From NCBI GenBank assembly GCA_964016885.1, contig OZ024750.1, forward strand, positions 51,522,001 to 51,586,000: DNA of 64,000 nucleotides, given 5' to 3'. The notes beneath the pieces are model-generated. The model was not told the DNA's origin and did no database searches. It saw only the letters and a list, made by a program, of their open reading frames with translations. Made by a program: the position numbers and the translations under genes. Source of the DNA: Eledone cirrhosa. Taxonomy: Eukaryota. This document shows positions 1-14,404 of the stretch, in pieces. Position 1 is the first letter of the stretch, and each line of letters opens with the position of its first letter.

Positions 1-3000
1 TGCTGTCATGTACATAGCTACATTCCACGTGCTGTCATGTACATGGCTACATTCCATGTGCTGTCATGTACATGGCTACATTCCATGTGCTATCATGTAC
101 ATAGCTACATTCCATGTGCTGTCATGTACATGGCTACATTCCATGTGCTATCATGTACATAGCTACATTCCATGTGCTGTGATGTACATAGCTACATTCC
201 ATGTGCTGTCATGTACATAGCTACATTCCATGTGCTGTCATGTACATAGCTACATTCCATGTGCTGTCATGTACATAGCTACATTCCATGTGCTGTGATG
301 TACATAGCTACATTCCATGTGCTGTCATGTACATAGCTACATTCCATGTGCTGTCATGTACATGGCTACATTCCATGTGCTATCATGTACATAGCTACAT
401 TCCATGTGCTGTCATGTACATAGCTACATTCCATGTGCTGTCATGTACATAGCTACATTCCATGTGCTGTCATGTACATAGCTAACATAGCTACATTCCA
501 TGTGCTATCATGAACATAGCTACATTCCATGTGCTATCATGTACATAGCTACATTCCATGTGCTGTCATGTACATAGCTACATTCCATGTGCTGTCATGT
601 ACATAGCTACATTCCATGTGCTGTCATGTACATAGCTACATTCCATGTGCTGTCATGTACATAGCTACATTCCATGTGCTGTCATGTACATAGCTACATT
701 CCATGTGCTGTCATGTACATAGCTACATTCCATGTGCTATCATGTACATAGCTACATTCCATGTGCTGTCATGTACATAGCTACATTCCATGTGCTATCA
801 TGTACATAGCTACATTCCATGTGCTGTCATGTACATAGCTACATTCCATGTGCTGTCATGTACATAGCTACATTCCATGTGCTGTCATGTACATAGCTAC
901 ATTCCATGTGCTATCATGTACATAGCTACATTCCATGTGCTGTCATGTACATAGCTACATTCCATGTGCTATCATGTACATAGCTACATTCCATGTGCTG
1001 TCATGTACATAGCTACATTCCATGTGCTGTCATGTACATAGCTACATTCCATGTGCTGTCATGTACATAGCTACATTCCATGTGCTGTCATGTACATAGC
1101 TACATTCCATGTGCTATCATGTACATAGCTACATTCCATGTGCTGTCATGTACATAGCTACATTCCATGTGCTGTCATGTACATAGCTACATTCCATGTG
1201 CTGTGATGTACATAGCTACATTCCATGTGCTGTCATGTACATAGCTACATTCCATGTGCTGTCATGTACATAGCTACATTCCATGTGCTGTGATGTACAT
1301 AGCTACATTCCATGTGCTGTCATGTACATAGCTACATTCCATGTGCTGTCATGTACATAGCTACATTCCATGTGCTGTCATGTACATAGCTACATTCCAT
1401 GTGCTGTCATGTACATAGCTACATTCCATGTGCTATCATGTACATAGCTACATTCCATGTGCTGTCATGTACATAGCTACATTCCATGTGCTGTCATGTA
1501 CATAGCTACATTCCATGTGCTGTGATGTACATAGCTACATTCCATGTGCTGTCATGTACATAGCTACATTCCATGTGCTGTCATGTACATAGCTACATTC
1601 CATGTGCTGTGATGTACATAGCTACATTCCATGTGCTGTCATGTACATAGCTACATTCCATGTGCTGTCATGTACATAGCTACATTCCATGTTCTGTCAT
1701 GTACATAGCTACATTCCATGTGCTGTCATGTACATAGCTACATTCCATGTGCTGTGATGTACATAGCTAGATTCCATGTTCTGTGATGTACATAGCTACA
1801 TTCCATGTGCTATCATGTACATAGCTACATTCCATGTGCTATCATGTACATAATTACATTACATGTGCTGTGATGTACATAGCTACATTCCATGTGCTGT
1901 CATGTACATAGCTACATTCCATGTGCTGTGATGTACATAGCTGCATTCCATGTGCTGTCATGTACATAGCTAGATTCCATGTGCTGTGATGTACATAGCT
2001 ACATTCCATGTGCTGTGATGTACATAGCTACATTCCATGTGCTGTCATGTACATAGCTACATTCCATGTGCTGTCATGTACATAGCTACATTCCATGTGC
2101 TGTCATGTACATAGCTACATTCCATATTCTGTCATGTACATAGCTACATTCCATGTGCTGTCATGTACATAGCTACATTCCATGTGCTATCATGTACATA
2201 GCTACATTCCATGTGCTGTCATGTACATAGCTACATTCCATGTGCTATCATGTACATAATTACATTACATGTGCTGTCATGTACATAATTACATTACATG
2301 TGCTGTCATGTACATAGCTACATTCCATGTGCTGTCATGTACATAGCTAACATAGCTACATTCCATGTGCTGTCATGTACATAGCTACATTCCATATTCT
2401 GTCATGTACATAGCTACATTCCATGTGCTGTCATGTACATAGCTACATTCCATGTGCTGTCATGTACATAGCTACATTCCATGTTCTGTCATGTACATAG
2501 CTACATTCCATGTGCTGTGATGTACATAGCTGCATTCCATGTGCTGTCATGTACATAGCTACATTCCATGTGCTGTCATGTACATAGCTACATTCCATGT
2601 GCTATCATGTACACAGCTACATTCCATGTGCTGTCATGTACATAGCTACATTCCATGTGCTGTCATCTACATAGCTACATTCCATGTGCTGTGATGTACA
2701 TAGCTACATTCCATGTGCTGTGATGTACATAGCTACATTCCATGTGCTGTCATGTACATAGCTACATTCCATGTGCTATCATGTGCATAGCTACATTCCA
2801 TGTGCTGTCATGTACATAGCTACATTCCATGTGCTATCATGTACATAGCTACATTCCATGTGCTATCATGTGCATAGCTACATTCCATGTGCTGTCATGT
2901 ACATAGCTACATTCCATGTGCTGTTATGTACATAGCTACATTCCATGTGCTGTCATGTACATAGATACATTCCATGTGCTGTCATGTACATAGCTACATT

Positions 3001-6000
3001 CCATGTGCTATCATGTACATAGCTACATTCCATGTGCTGTCATGTACATAGCTACATTCCATGTGCTGTGATGTACATAGCTACATTCCATGTGCTATCA
3101 TGTACATAGCTATATTCCATGTGCTAACATGTACATAGCTACATTCCAGGTGCTGTCATGTACATAGCTACATTCCATGTGCTATCATGTACATAGCTAC
3201 ATTCCATGTGCTATCATGTACATAGCTACATTCCATGTGCTGTCATGTACATAGCTACATTCCATGTGCTATCATGTACATAGCTACATTCCATGTGCTA
3301 TCATGTACATAGCTACATTCCATGTGCTGTGATGTACATAGCAATATTCCATGTTCTATCATGTACATAGCTACATTCCATGTGCTGTGATGTACATAGC
3401 TACATTCCATGTGCTATCATGTACATAGCTACATTCCATGTGCTGTCATGTACATAGCTACATTCCATGTGCTGTCATGTACATAGCTACATTCAATGTG
3501 CTATCATGAACATAGCTACATTCCATGTGCTGTCATGTACATAGCTACATTCCATGTGGTGTGATGTACATAGCTACATACCATGTGCTGTCATGTACAT
3601 AGCTACATTCCATGTGCTGTGATGTACATAGCTACATTCCATGTGCTATCATGTACATAGCTCCATTCCATGTGCTGTGATGTACATAGCTACATTCCAT
3701 GTGCTATCATGTACATAGCTTCATTCCATGTGCTGTGATGTACATTGCTACATTCCATGTGCTGTGATGTACATAGCTACATTCCATGTGCTGTCATGTA
3801 CATAGCTACATTCCATGTGCTATCATGTACATAGCTACATTCCATGTGCTATCATGTACATAGCTACATTCAATGTGCTATCATGAACATAGCTACATTC
3901 CATGTGCTATCATGAATATAGCTACATTCCATGTGCTGTGATGTACATTGCTACATTCCATGTGCTATCATGAATATAGCTACATTCCATGTGCTGTGAT
4001 GTACATAGCTACATTCCATGTGCTATCATGAATATAGCTACATTCCATGTGCTGTCATGTACATAGCTACATTCCATGTTCTGTCATATACATAGCTACA
4101 TTCCATGTGCTATCATGTACATAGCTACATTCCATGTGCTGTCATGTACATAGCTACATTCCATGTGCTATCATGTACATAGCTACATTCCATGTGCTGT
4201 CATGTACATAGCTACATTCCATGTGCTGTCATGTACATAGCTACATTCCATGTGCTGTCATGTACATAGCTACATTCCATGTGCTGTCATCTACATAGCT
4301 ACATTCCATGTGCTGTGATGTACATAGCTACATTCCATGTGCTGTCATGTACATAGCTACATTACATGTGCTGTCATGTACATAGCTACATTCCATGTTC
4401 TGTCATATACATAGCTACATTCCATGTTCTGTCATATACATAGCTACATTCCATGTGCTGTCATGTACATAGCTACATTCCATGTGCTGTCATGTACATA
4501 GCTACATTCCATGTGCTGTCATGTACATAGCTACATTCCATGTGCTGTCATGTACATAGCTACATTCCATGTGCTGTCATGTACATAGCTACATTCCATG
4601 TGCTGTCATGTACATAGCTACATTCCATGTGCTGTCATGTACATAGCTACATTCCATGTGCTGTCATGTACATAGCTACATTCCATGTGCTGTCATGTAC
4701 ATAGCTACATTCCATGTGCTGTCATGTACATAGCTACATTCCATGTGCTGTCATGTACATAGCTACATTCCATGTGCTGTCATGTACATAGCTACATTCC
4801 ATGTGCTGTCATGTACATAGCTACATTCCATGTGCTGTCATGTACATAGCTACATTCCATGTTCTGTCATATACATAGCTACATTCCATGTGCTGTCATG
4901 TACATAGCTACATTCCATGTGCTGTCATGTACATAGCTACATTCCATGTGCTGTCATGTACATAGCTACATTCCATGTGCTATCATGTACATAGCTACAT
5001 TCCATGTGCTGTCATGTACATAGCTACATTCCATGTGCTGTCATGTACATAGCTACATTCCATGTGCTATCATGTACACAGCTACATTCCATGTTCTGTC
5101 ATATACATAGCTACATTCCATGTTCTGTCATATACATAGCTACATTCCATGTTCTGTCATATACATAGCTACATTCCATGTGCTGTCATGTACATAGCTA
5201 CATTCCATGTGCTGTCATGTACATAGCTACATTCCATGTGCTGTCATGTACATAGCTACATTCCATGTGCTATCATGTACACAGCTACATTCCATGTGCT
5301 GTCATGTACATAGCTACATTCCATGTGCTGTCATGTACATAGCTACATTCCATGTGCTATCATGTACATAGCTACATTCCATGTGCTGTCATGTACATAG
5401 CTACATTCCATGTGCTGTCATGTACATAGCTACATTCCATGTGCTATCATGTACACAGCTACATTCCATGTTCTGTCATATACATAGCTACATTCCATGT
5501 TCTGTCATATACATAGCTACATTCCATGTGCTGTCATATACATAGCTACATTCCATGTGCTGTCATGTACATAGCTACATTCCATGTGCTATCATGTACA
5601 TAGCTACATTCCATGTTCTGTCATATACATAGCTACATTCCATGTGCTGTCATGTACATAGCTACATTCCATGTGCTGTCATATACATAGCTACATTCCA
5701 TGTGCTGTCATATACATAGCTACATTCCATGTGCTGTCATGTACATAGCTACATTCCATGTGCTATCATGTACATAGCTACATTCCATGTTCTGTCATAT
5801 ACATAGCTACATTCCATGTGCTGTCATGTACATAGCTACATTCCATGTGCTATCATGTACATAGCTACATTCCATGTGCTGTCATGTACATAGCTACATT
5901 CCATGTGCTGTCATGTACATAGCTACATTCCATGTGCTGTCATGTACATAGCTACATTCCATGTGCTATCATGTACACAGCTACATTCCATGTGCTGTCA

Positions 6001-9000
6001 TGTACATAGCTACATTCCATGTGCTGTCATCTACATAGCTACATTCCATGTGCTGTCATGTACATTGCTACATTCCATGTGCTGTGATGTACATAGCTAC
6101 ATTCCATGTGCTGTCATGTACATAGCTACATTCCATGTGCTGTGATGTACATAGCTACATTCCATGTGCTGTCATGTACATAGCTACATTCCATGTGCTG
6201 TCATGTACATAGCTACATTCCATGTGCTGTCATGTACATAGCTACATTCCATGTGCTATCATGTACATAGCTACATTCCATGTGCTGTCATGTACATAGC
6301 TACATTCCATGTGCTATCATGTACATAGCTACATTCCATGTGCTGTCATGTACATAGCTACATTCCATGTGCTATCATGTACATAGCTACATTCCATGTG
6401 CTGTCATGTACATAGCTACATTCCATGTGCTGTCATGTACATAGCTACATTCCATGTGCTGTCATGTACATAGCTGCATTCCATGTGCTATCATGTACAT
6501 AGCTACATTCCATGTGCTATCATGTACATAGCTACATTCCATGTGCTGTCATGTACATAGCTACATTCCATGTGCTGTCATGTACATAATTACATTCCAT
6601 GTGCTGTGATGTACATAGCTGCATTCCATGTGCTGTCATGTACATAGCTACATTCCATGTGCTGTCATGTACATAGCTACATTCCATGTGCTATCATGTA
6701 CATAGCTACATTCCATGTGCTATCATGTACATAGCTACATTCCATGTGCTGTCATGTACATAGCTACATTCCATGTGCTGTCATGTACATAGCTACATTC
6801 CATGTGCTGTCATGTACATAGCTGCATTCCATGTGCTATCATGTACATAGCTACATTCCATGTGCTGTCATGTACATAGCTACATTCCATGTGCTGTCAT
6901 GTACATAATTACATTCCATGTGCTGTGATGTACATAGCTGCATTCCATGTGCTGTCATGTACATAGCTACATTCCATGTGCTGTCATGTACATAGCTACA
7001 TTCCATGTGCTATCATGTACATAGCTACATTCCATGTGCTATCATGTACATAGCTACATTCCATGTGCTGTCATGTACATAGCTACATTCCATGTGCTGT
7101 CATGTACATAGCTACATTCCATGTGCTATCATGTACATAATTACATTACATGTGCTGTCATGTACATAGCTACATTCCATGTGCTGTCATGTACATAGCT
7201 ACATTCCATGTGCTATCATGTACATAATTACATTCCATGTGCTGTGATGTACATAGCTGCATTCCATGTGCTGTCATGTACATAGCTACATTCCATGTGC
7301 TGTCATGTACATAGCTACATTCCATGTGCTATCATGTACATAGCTACATTCCATGTGCTATCATGTACATAGCTACATTCCATGTGCTGTGATGTACATA
7401 GCTACATTCCATGTGCTGTGATGTACATAGCTACATTCCATGTGCTATCATGTACATAGCTACATTCCATGTGCTGTCATGTACATAGCTACATTCCATG
7501 TGATGTCATGTACATAGCTAGATTCCATGTGCTGTGATGTACATAGCTACATTCCATGTGCTGTCATGTACATAGCTACATTCCATGTGCTATCATGTAC
7601 ATAGCTACATTCCATGTGCTATCATGTACATAGCTACATTCCATGTGCTGTCATGTACATAGCTACATTCCATGTGCTGTCATGTACATAGCTACATTCC
7701 ATGTGCTATCATGTACATAATTACATTACATGTGCTGTCATGTACATAGCTACATTCCATGTGCTGTCATGTACATAGCTACATTCCATGTGCTATCATG
7801 TACATAATTACATTCCATGTGCTGTGATGTACATAGCTGCATTCCATGTGCTGTCATGTACATAGCTACATTCCATGTGCTGTCATGTACATAGCTACAT
7901 TCCATGTGCTATCATGTACATAGCTACATTCCATGTGCTATCATGTACATAGCTACATTCCATGTGCTGTGATGTACATAGCTACATTCCATGTGCTGTG
8001 ATGTACATAGCTACATTCCATGTGCTATCATGTACATAGCTACATTCCATGTGCTGTCATGTACATAGCTACATTCCATGTGATGTCATGTACATAGCTA
8101 GATTCCATGTGCTGTGATGTACATAGCTACATTCCATGTGCTGTCATGTACATAGCTACATTCCATGTGCTGTCATGTACATAGCTACATTCCATGTGCT
8201 GTCATGTACATAGCTACATTCCATGTTCTGTCATGTACATAGCTACATTCCATGTGCTGTCATGTACATAGCTACATTCCATGTGCTGTCATGTACATAG
8301 CTACATTCCATGTGCTATCATGTACACAGCTACATTCCATGTGCTGTCATGTACATAGCTACATTCCATGTGCTATCATGTACATAATTACATTCCATGT
8401 GCTGTCATGTACATAGCTACATTACATGTGCTGTCATGTACATAGCTACATTCCATGTTCTGTCATGTACATAGCTACATTCCATGTGCTGTGATGTACA
8501 TAGCTGCATTCCATGTGCTGTCATGTACATAGCTACATTCCATGTGCTGTCATGTACATAGCTACATTCCATGTGCTATCATGTGCATAGCTACATTCCA
8601 TGTGCTGTCATGTACATAGCTACATTCCATGTGCTATCATGTACATAGCTACATTCCATGTGCTATCATGTGCATAGCTACATTCCATGTGCTGTCATGT
8701 ACATAGCTACATTCCATGTGCTGTGATGTACATAGCTACATTCCATGTGCTGTCATGTACATAGCTACATTCCATGTGCTGTGATGTACATAGCTACATT
8801 CCATGTGCTATCATGTACATAGCTACATTCCATGTGCTGTCATGTACATAGCTACATTCCATGTGATATCATGTACATAGCTACATTCCATGTGCTATCA
8901 TGTACATAGCTACATTCCATGTGCTGTCATGTACATAGCTACATTCCATGTGCTATCATGAACATAGCTACATTCCACGTGCTGTCATGTACATAGCTAC

Positions 9001-10837
9001 ATTCCATGTGCTATCATGTACATAGCTACATTCCATGTGCTGTCATGTACATAGCTACATTCCATGTGCTATCATGAACATAGCTACATTCCATGTGCTG
9101 TCATGTACATAGCTACATTCCATGTGCTGTGATGTACATAGCTACATTCCATGTGCTGTGATGTACATAGCTACATTCCATGTGCTGTCATGTACATAGC
9201 TACATTCCATGTGCTATCATGTACATAATTACATTACATGTGCTGTCATGTACATAATTACATTACATGTGCTGTCATGTACATAGCTACATTCCATGTT
9301 CTGTCATGTACATAGCTACATTCCATGTGCTGTGATGTACATAGCTGCATTCCATGTGCTGTCATGTACATAGCTACATTCCATGTGCTGTGATGTACAT
9401 AGCTACATTCCATGTGCTGTCATGTACATAGCTACATTCCATGTGATGTCATGTACATAGCTAGATTCCATGTGCTGTCATGTACATAGCTACATTCCAT
9501 GTGCTATCATGTACATAGCTACATTCCATGTGCTGTCATGTACATAGCTACATTCCATGTGCTATCATGTACATAGCTACATTCCATGTTCTGTCATGTA
9601 CATAGCTACATTCCATGTGCTGTCATGTACATAGCTACATTCCATGTGCTGTGATGTACATAGCTACATTCCATGTGCTGTCATGTACATAGCTACATTC
9701 CATGTGCTGTCATGTACATAGCTACATTCCATGTGCTATCATGTACATAGCTACATTCCATGTGCTGTCATGTACATAGCTACATTCCATGTGCTGTCAT
9801 GTACATAGCTACATTCCATGTGCTGTCATGTACATAGCTACATTCCATGTGCTGTCATGTACATAGCTACATTCCATGTGCTGTCATGTACATAGCTACA
9901 TTCCATGTGCTATCATGTACATAGCTACATTCCATGTGCTGTCATGTACATAGCTACATTCCATGTGCTGTGATGTACATAGCTACATTCCATGTGCTGT
10001 GATGTACATAGCTACATTCCATGTGCTATCATGTACATAGCTACATTCCATGTGCTGTCATGTACATAGCTACATTCCATGTGCTGTGATGTACATAGCT
10101 ACATTCCATGTGCTATCATGTACATAGCTACATTCCATGTGCTGTCATGTACATAGCTACATTCCATGTGCTGTCATGTACATAGCTACATTCCATGTGC
10201 TATCATGTACATAGCTACATTCCATGTGCTGTCATGTACATAGCTACATTCCATGTGCTGTCATGTACATAGCTACATTCCATGTGCTGTCATGTACATA
10301 GCTACATTCCATGTGCTGTCATGTACATAGCTACATTCCATGTGCTGTCATGTACATAGCTACATTCCATGTGCTATCATGAACATAGCTACATTCCATG
10401 TGCTGTCATGTACATAGCTACATTCCATGTGCTGTGATGTACATAGCTACATTCCATGTGCTGTCATGTACATAGCTACATTCCATGTGATGTCATGTAC
10501 ATAGCTAGATTCCATGTGCTGTGATGTACATAGCTACATTCCATGTGCTGTGATGTACATAGCTACATTCCATGTGCTGTCATGTACATAGCTACATTCC
10601 ATGTGCTGTCATGTACATAGCTACATTCCATGTGCTATCATGTACATAGCTACATTCCATGTGCTGTCATGTACATAGCTACATTCCATGTGCTATCATG
10701 TACATAGCTACATTCCATGTGCTGTCATGTACATAGCTACATTCCATGTGCTGTCATGTACATAGCTACATTCCATGTGCTGTCATGTACATAGCTACAT
10801 TCCATGTGCTGTCATGTACATAGCTACATACCATGTG
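1..10837. repeat. 29-bp tandem satellite (consensus TGCTGTCATGTACATAGCTACATTCCATG), about 370 copies, runs off the window start
   Basis: Directly visible periodicity; recurrent variants such as GTC/ATC/GTG and AATTAC. Confidence 0.99.
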
Positions 10838-11151
10838 GCGGATGTGTCGCAACCGATGGAGTGCCAATAACGAGCCCCACCTCATTACACACACATTACT
10901 CTATATACTTATAACCGTTCCACCAAAATTCGACATTTCCTTCTCCAGTTCATGATATATGTGTATCAATATCTGCCAAATTCGATATTTCATTTTCCAA
11001 TGATATATGCGAGCCAATATGTATGCAAACATCCATAGCCCCTAATGAAGCCGTTAAAGCGCCTACAACGTGTCTTAAACATTATTTTAACCCGGCGAAA
11101 CCCATCTCTTACCAGGTCTGAACACACCTGATTTCTTCCAGAGAAGGAGAG

Positions 11152-11322
11152 AATAATGATTTCTAGTATAGGCACAAGGCCAGTAATATGGGCGAGGGAA
11201 AAGTCGATTAAATCGACTCCAGTACGTGACTGGTACTTTATTTTATCGCCCCATAAGGATGAAAGGCAAAGTTAACCTCAGCGGAATTTGAACTCAGACC
11301 GTAACTCTATGCAGCAAAGCAT
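11152..11322 (-). mobile_element. tRNA-derived SINE copy (dominant family in this window; Meta/MESC-like core)
   Basis: Reverse complement contains B-box GAGTTCAAATTCC and the core TTTGCCTTTCATCCTT..GG.GATAAAATAAAGTACCAGT shared with many copies here. Confidence 0.8.
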
Positions 11323-11764
11323 GTACGTGTATATATATGTGTGTATATATATACACATACATGATACACACATACAACACACACAAACACACACACACAT
11401 ATATTTATATAACAAACTTGCGTAAAGTATAAGTACTATACCTCTTGATTGTATCATAATTATTAAATTAAATGAACTTTAAATAAAAATAATGACAACA
11501 ATAATAACAACAATAATAAAAAAGAAAAGGAAACAAAAGAAAAACGAATAGGAAAATATAGAGAAAAAAAGAGAAAGAGAAAGAAAAAAAGAACGGGAAA
11601 AGGAGGGGATGGCAAGAACTCTGGTGTCGCAGAAGAGATGGGAGTGGTGAATGGGGAGGGTGATTGGGCTTTTGGCCCAGGACAAGGGGGCAGAAGGGCT
11701 GTACCCCGCGGACAAGACCATAAAAGCATTCCCGCGGACAATGGCCAGTGACACCACGGACAAT

Positions 11765-11878
11765 CCGAGGTTAACTTTGCCTTTCATCCTTACGGAGTCG
11801 ATAAAATAAAGTACCAGTAATGTACTGGGTAATTGCTGGCCTTGTGCCTAAAGTAGAAACAATTATTATTATTATTAA
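11765..11878 (+). mobile_element. 5'-truncated SINE of the same family with (ATT)n tail
   Basis: CCGAGGTTAACTTTGCCTTTCATCCTTACGGAGTCGATAAAATAAAGTACCAGT...GTAGAAACAATTATT. Confidence 0.8.
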
Positions 11879-12104
11879 GTATTACATTTCATCTAGTTGT
11901 GTGCCGAAACAATTGTAAAGACTAAATGGTTTAAGAAATCTCTCCCATCTTAATATGTTATACCTGTTTTGTTATGTTTCAATGTGCAATGGGATTAACG
12001 TTATCAGCTTAATGCTCGGACACAGAAGGGATTTCCTGAGGTCAACTGAGGAGCTGTGACTGTCGTCAGATCATATTTAGAATATATATATGTATATATA
12101 TATA

Positions 12105-13191
12105 TAGGATAAAGTATGACCCCGACGGCAGAGCTCAAGCCGTTTCGACGGCTATTTCTGGACTAAATTCGGCTATTTATTTACCAGACAAAATATTCTA
12201 ATTTAGTCCAGAAATAGCCGTCGAAACGGCTTGAGCTCTGCCGTCGGGGTCATACTTTCTCCTATATATATATGGAGATTAGGAGAATAAAAAAATGAAA
12301 AACTAAGAGAAAGATATAAAAAAATATAAAATTGGAAAATGAGAAGTGATAAAAAACAAAGAGTATAGAGTCTAAAACAGCTGCTATTGGTTGGTGTTTT
12401 TTTTTTTTTTTTTGCTTACAACAAATTTTGACCAATCCTCTTGACACCTACAATTTTCCCATATACGGAAGTACCCCTTGAAAAGTTCGGCTATTTATTT
12501 ACCAGACAAAATATTCTAACTTTTCAAGGGGTACTTCCGTATATGGGAAAATTGTAGGTGTCAAGAGGATTGGTCAAAATTTGTTGTAAGCAAAAAAAAA
12601 AAAAAAAACACCAACCAATAGCAGCTGTTTTAGACTCTATACTCTTTGTTTTTTATCACTTCTCATTTTCCAATTTTATATTTTTTTATATCTTTCTCTT
12701 ATTTTTTCATTTTTTTATTCTCCTAATCTCCATTGATTTATCCATTCTATAACGTCCCTCCTCCGTTTTCTCCAGAAACCTTTTTTCGCCTACCTCTTCT
12801 GGCCTACTTTCATACACAATCCTTAGAATTTCCCGTATAGATTTCACTTTCAACACTTGACCGGCTCCACCTACTCCCTCATTGTTCTACAAGCAAGTTT
12901 AGCCACTCCTACCTCCCACCCACTTCCATGATAAACTTATTTGTGTTTAGAACAAATTTTGACTAATCCTCTTGACAACTACAATCTTCCCATATACGGA
13001 AGTATCCCTTGAAAAGTTCGGCTATTTATTTACCAGACTAAAAATTCTAATTTAGTCCAGAAATAGCCATCGATACGGCTTGAGCTCTGCCGTCGGGTCA
13101 TACTTTCTCCTATTACCCACTCTACTACCCTAAGTATTGTGTACTCTGGTGCATTATGGTCCATCTGGCTCCTTACCACAACTCCTTCGTT
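12105..13191. mobile_element. Rearranged Penelope-like/retrozyme-like non-coding element (U3-A8 hammerhead family): two hairpins plus a direct copy with 3' tail
   Basis: Inverted repeats 12105-12264 and 12272-12733; homologous to 39861-40852, 56638-56693 and 58592-58779; flanked by (TA)n. Confidence 0.75.
13004..13098 (+). ncRNA. Type I hammerhead, U3-A8 variant core, probably inactive copy (GATA instead of GAAA)
   Basis: ATCCC-TTGAAAA-GTTCGGCTATTT..AAATAGCCATC-GATA-CGGC ttgagctct GCCG-TC-GGGT. Confidence 0.65.
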
Positions 13192-13540
13192 ATATATATA
13201 TATTATCAAATGATTCTATGGACATACTTTATAGTATATTGCTCTGATTATTTAGTTTGTTAATTCATCATTGAGCCACATCGTGAATGGTTGCCAAAAC
13301 ATATATATCTGTGACTTTGTCTCGTTTGTGTATATTTAAATCTTTATATTTGATAATCTCCCATAGGGTTGAGATGCAATTTTGGCAATATTGGGCTGCG
13401 CTTTCTAGCAACCAGCCTACTCGCCGTAGGCACCAATCAAATTCTTTATGACTTGACCACTGCCACGTCACGGTTCTTAGCCATTTTGAATTCGTTTCTG
13501 GCAGGGATCATTTAGGAAAATTCTTTGTCCGAGTTCGTTT

Positions 13541-13621
13541 GTTTCCTGACGAGTTCGAAGCTCGAGAATTTATCCTTGATAGGATATTTCCGAAAGCGAA
13601 CGAAACCCTAAGGTTAGAAAC
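13541..13621 (+). ncRNA. Type I hammerhead ribozyme (one stem III mismatch)
   Basis: Stem I GTTTC/GAAAC, core CTGACGA, stem II GTTCG/CGAAC with long insert, GAAA, stem III CCCTAAGGT, TA. Confidence 0.75.
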
Positions 13622-13906
13622 GTAATCCTGATATGTGTATATGCATTTTTTCTTCTAACTTTAATTTTATACCTAATTGTGTATGGTTGACGGTATATTT
13701 AATCGATTTCCACGTGCTGGGTAAATATTCTATAGCGGTTGACAGCGAATAGATGACTGTCGTTTATTTATCCACTATTTCTTCATAGGTGCCTTTTAAT
13801 CTTATAGCATGGTTTAATTGTTGGTTTTTTTTGTGGTTGATTATGCTAATTGGGAGAGGAAATGGTGTATATATATTATCAAATGATTCTATGGACATAC
13901 TTTATA

Positions 13907-13940
<34 letters not shown>

Positions 13941-14086
13941 CGAAGGAAATGTGGTAAGGAACCAGGTGGACCATAACTCACCAAAGTACTCAATACTTGG
14001 GGTAGTAGAGTGGGTAGATATAGATATATATATATAGATATATATATACTCAATACTTGGGGTAGTATATAGATAGATAGGTAGAT

Positions 14087-14165
<79 letters not shown>

Positions 14166-14404
14166 TGTATCTTTATTAGCCACAGGGGCACAAAAGAAGG
14201 GGACAAATACAAAGGGGGAAGTTTACATACAATAAAAACGTGTAAAATATTATCACAAATGCAATTTAAAAATTAATCTATTTTTCCCCAATAGAGGGAG
14301 ACATTACATATGGGTAACACATACCCCCGAAAAAAAAATGTGCAACCCTCATCTCCAGGAGTACGAAGAGTTTGTACTCCTTTCCTCTCCTCTTTTTCCT
14401 CAAC

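Noticed and set aside
1-10837. CRISPR-like array or coding repeat (ORFs 8-220 and 5903-6145)
   Set aside because: Units are contiguous with no unique spacers and no cas genes; the ORFs arise only where a variant removes a TAG
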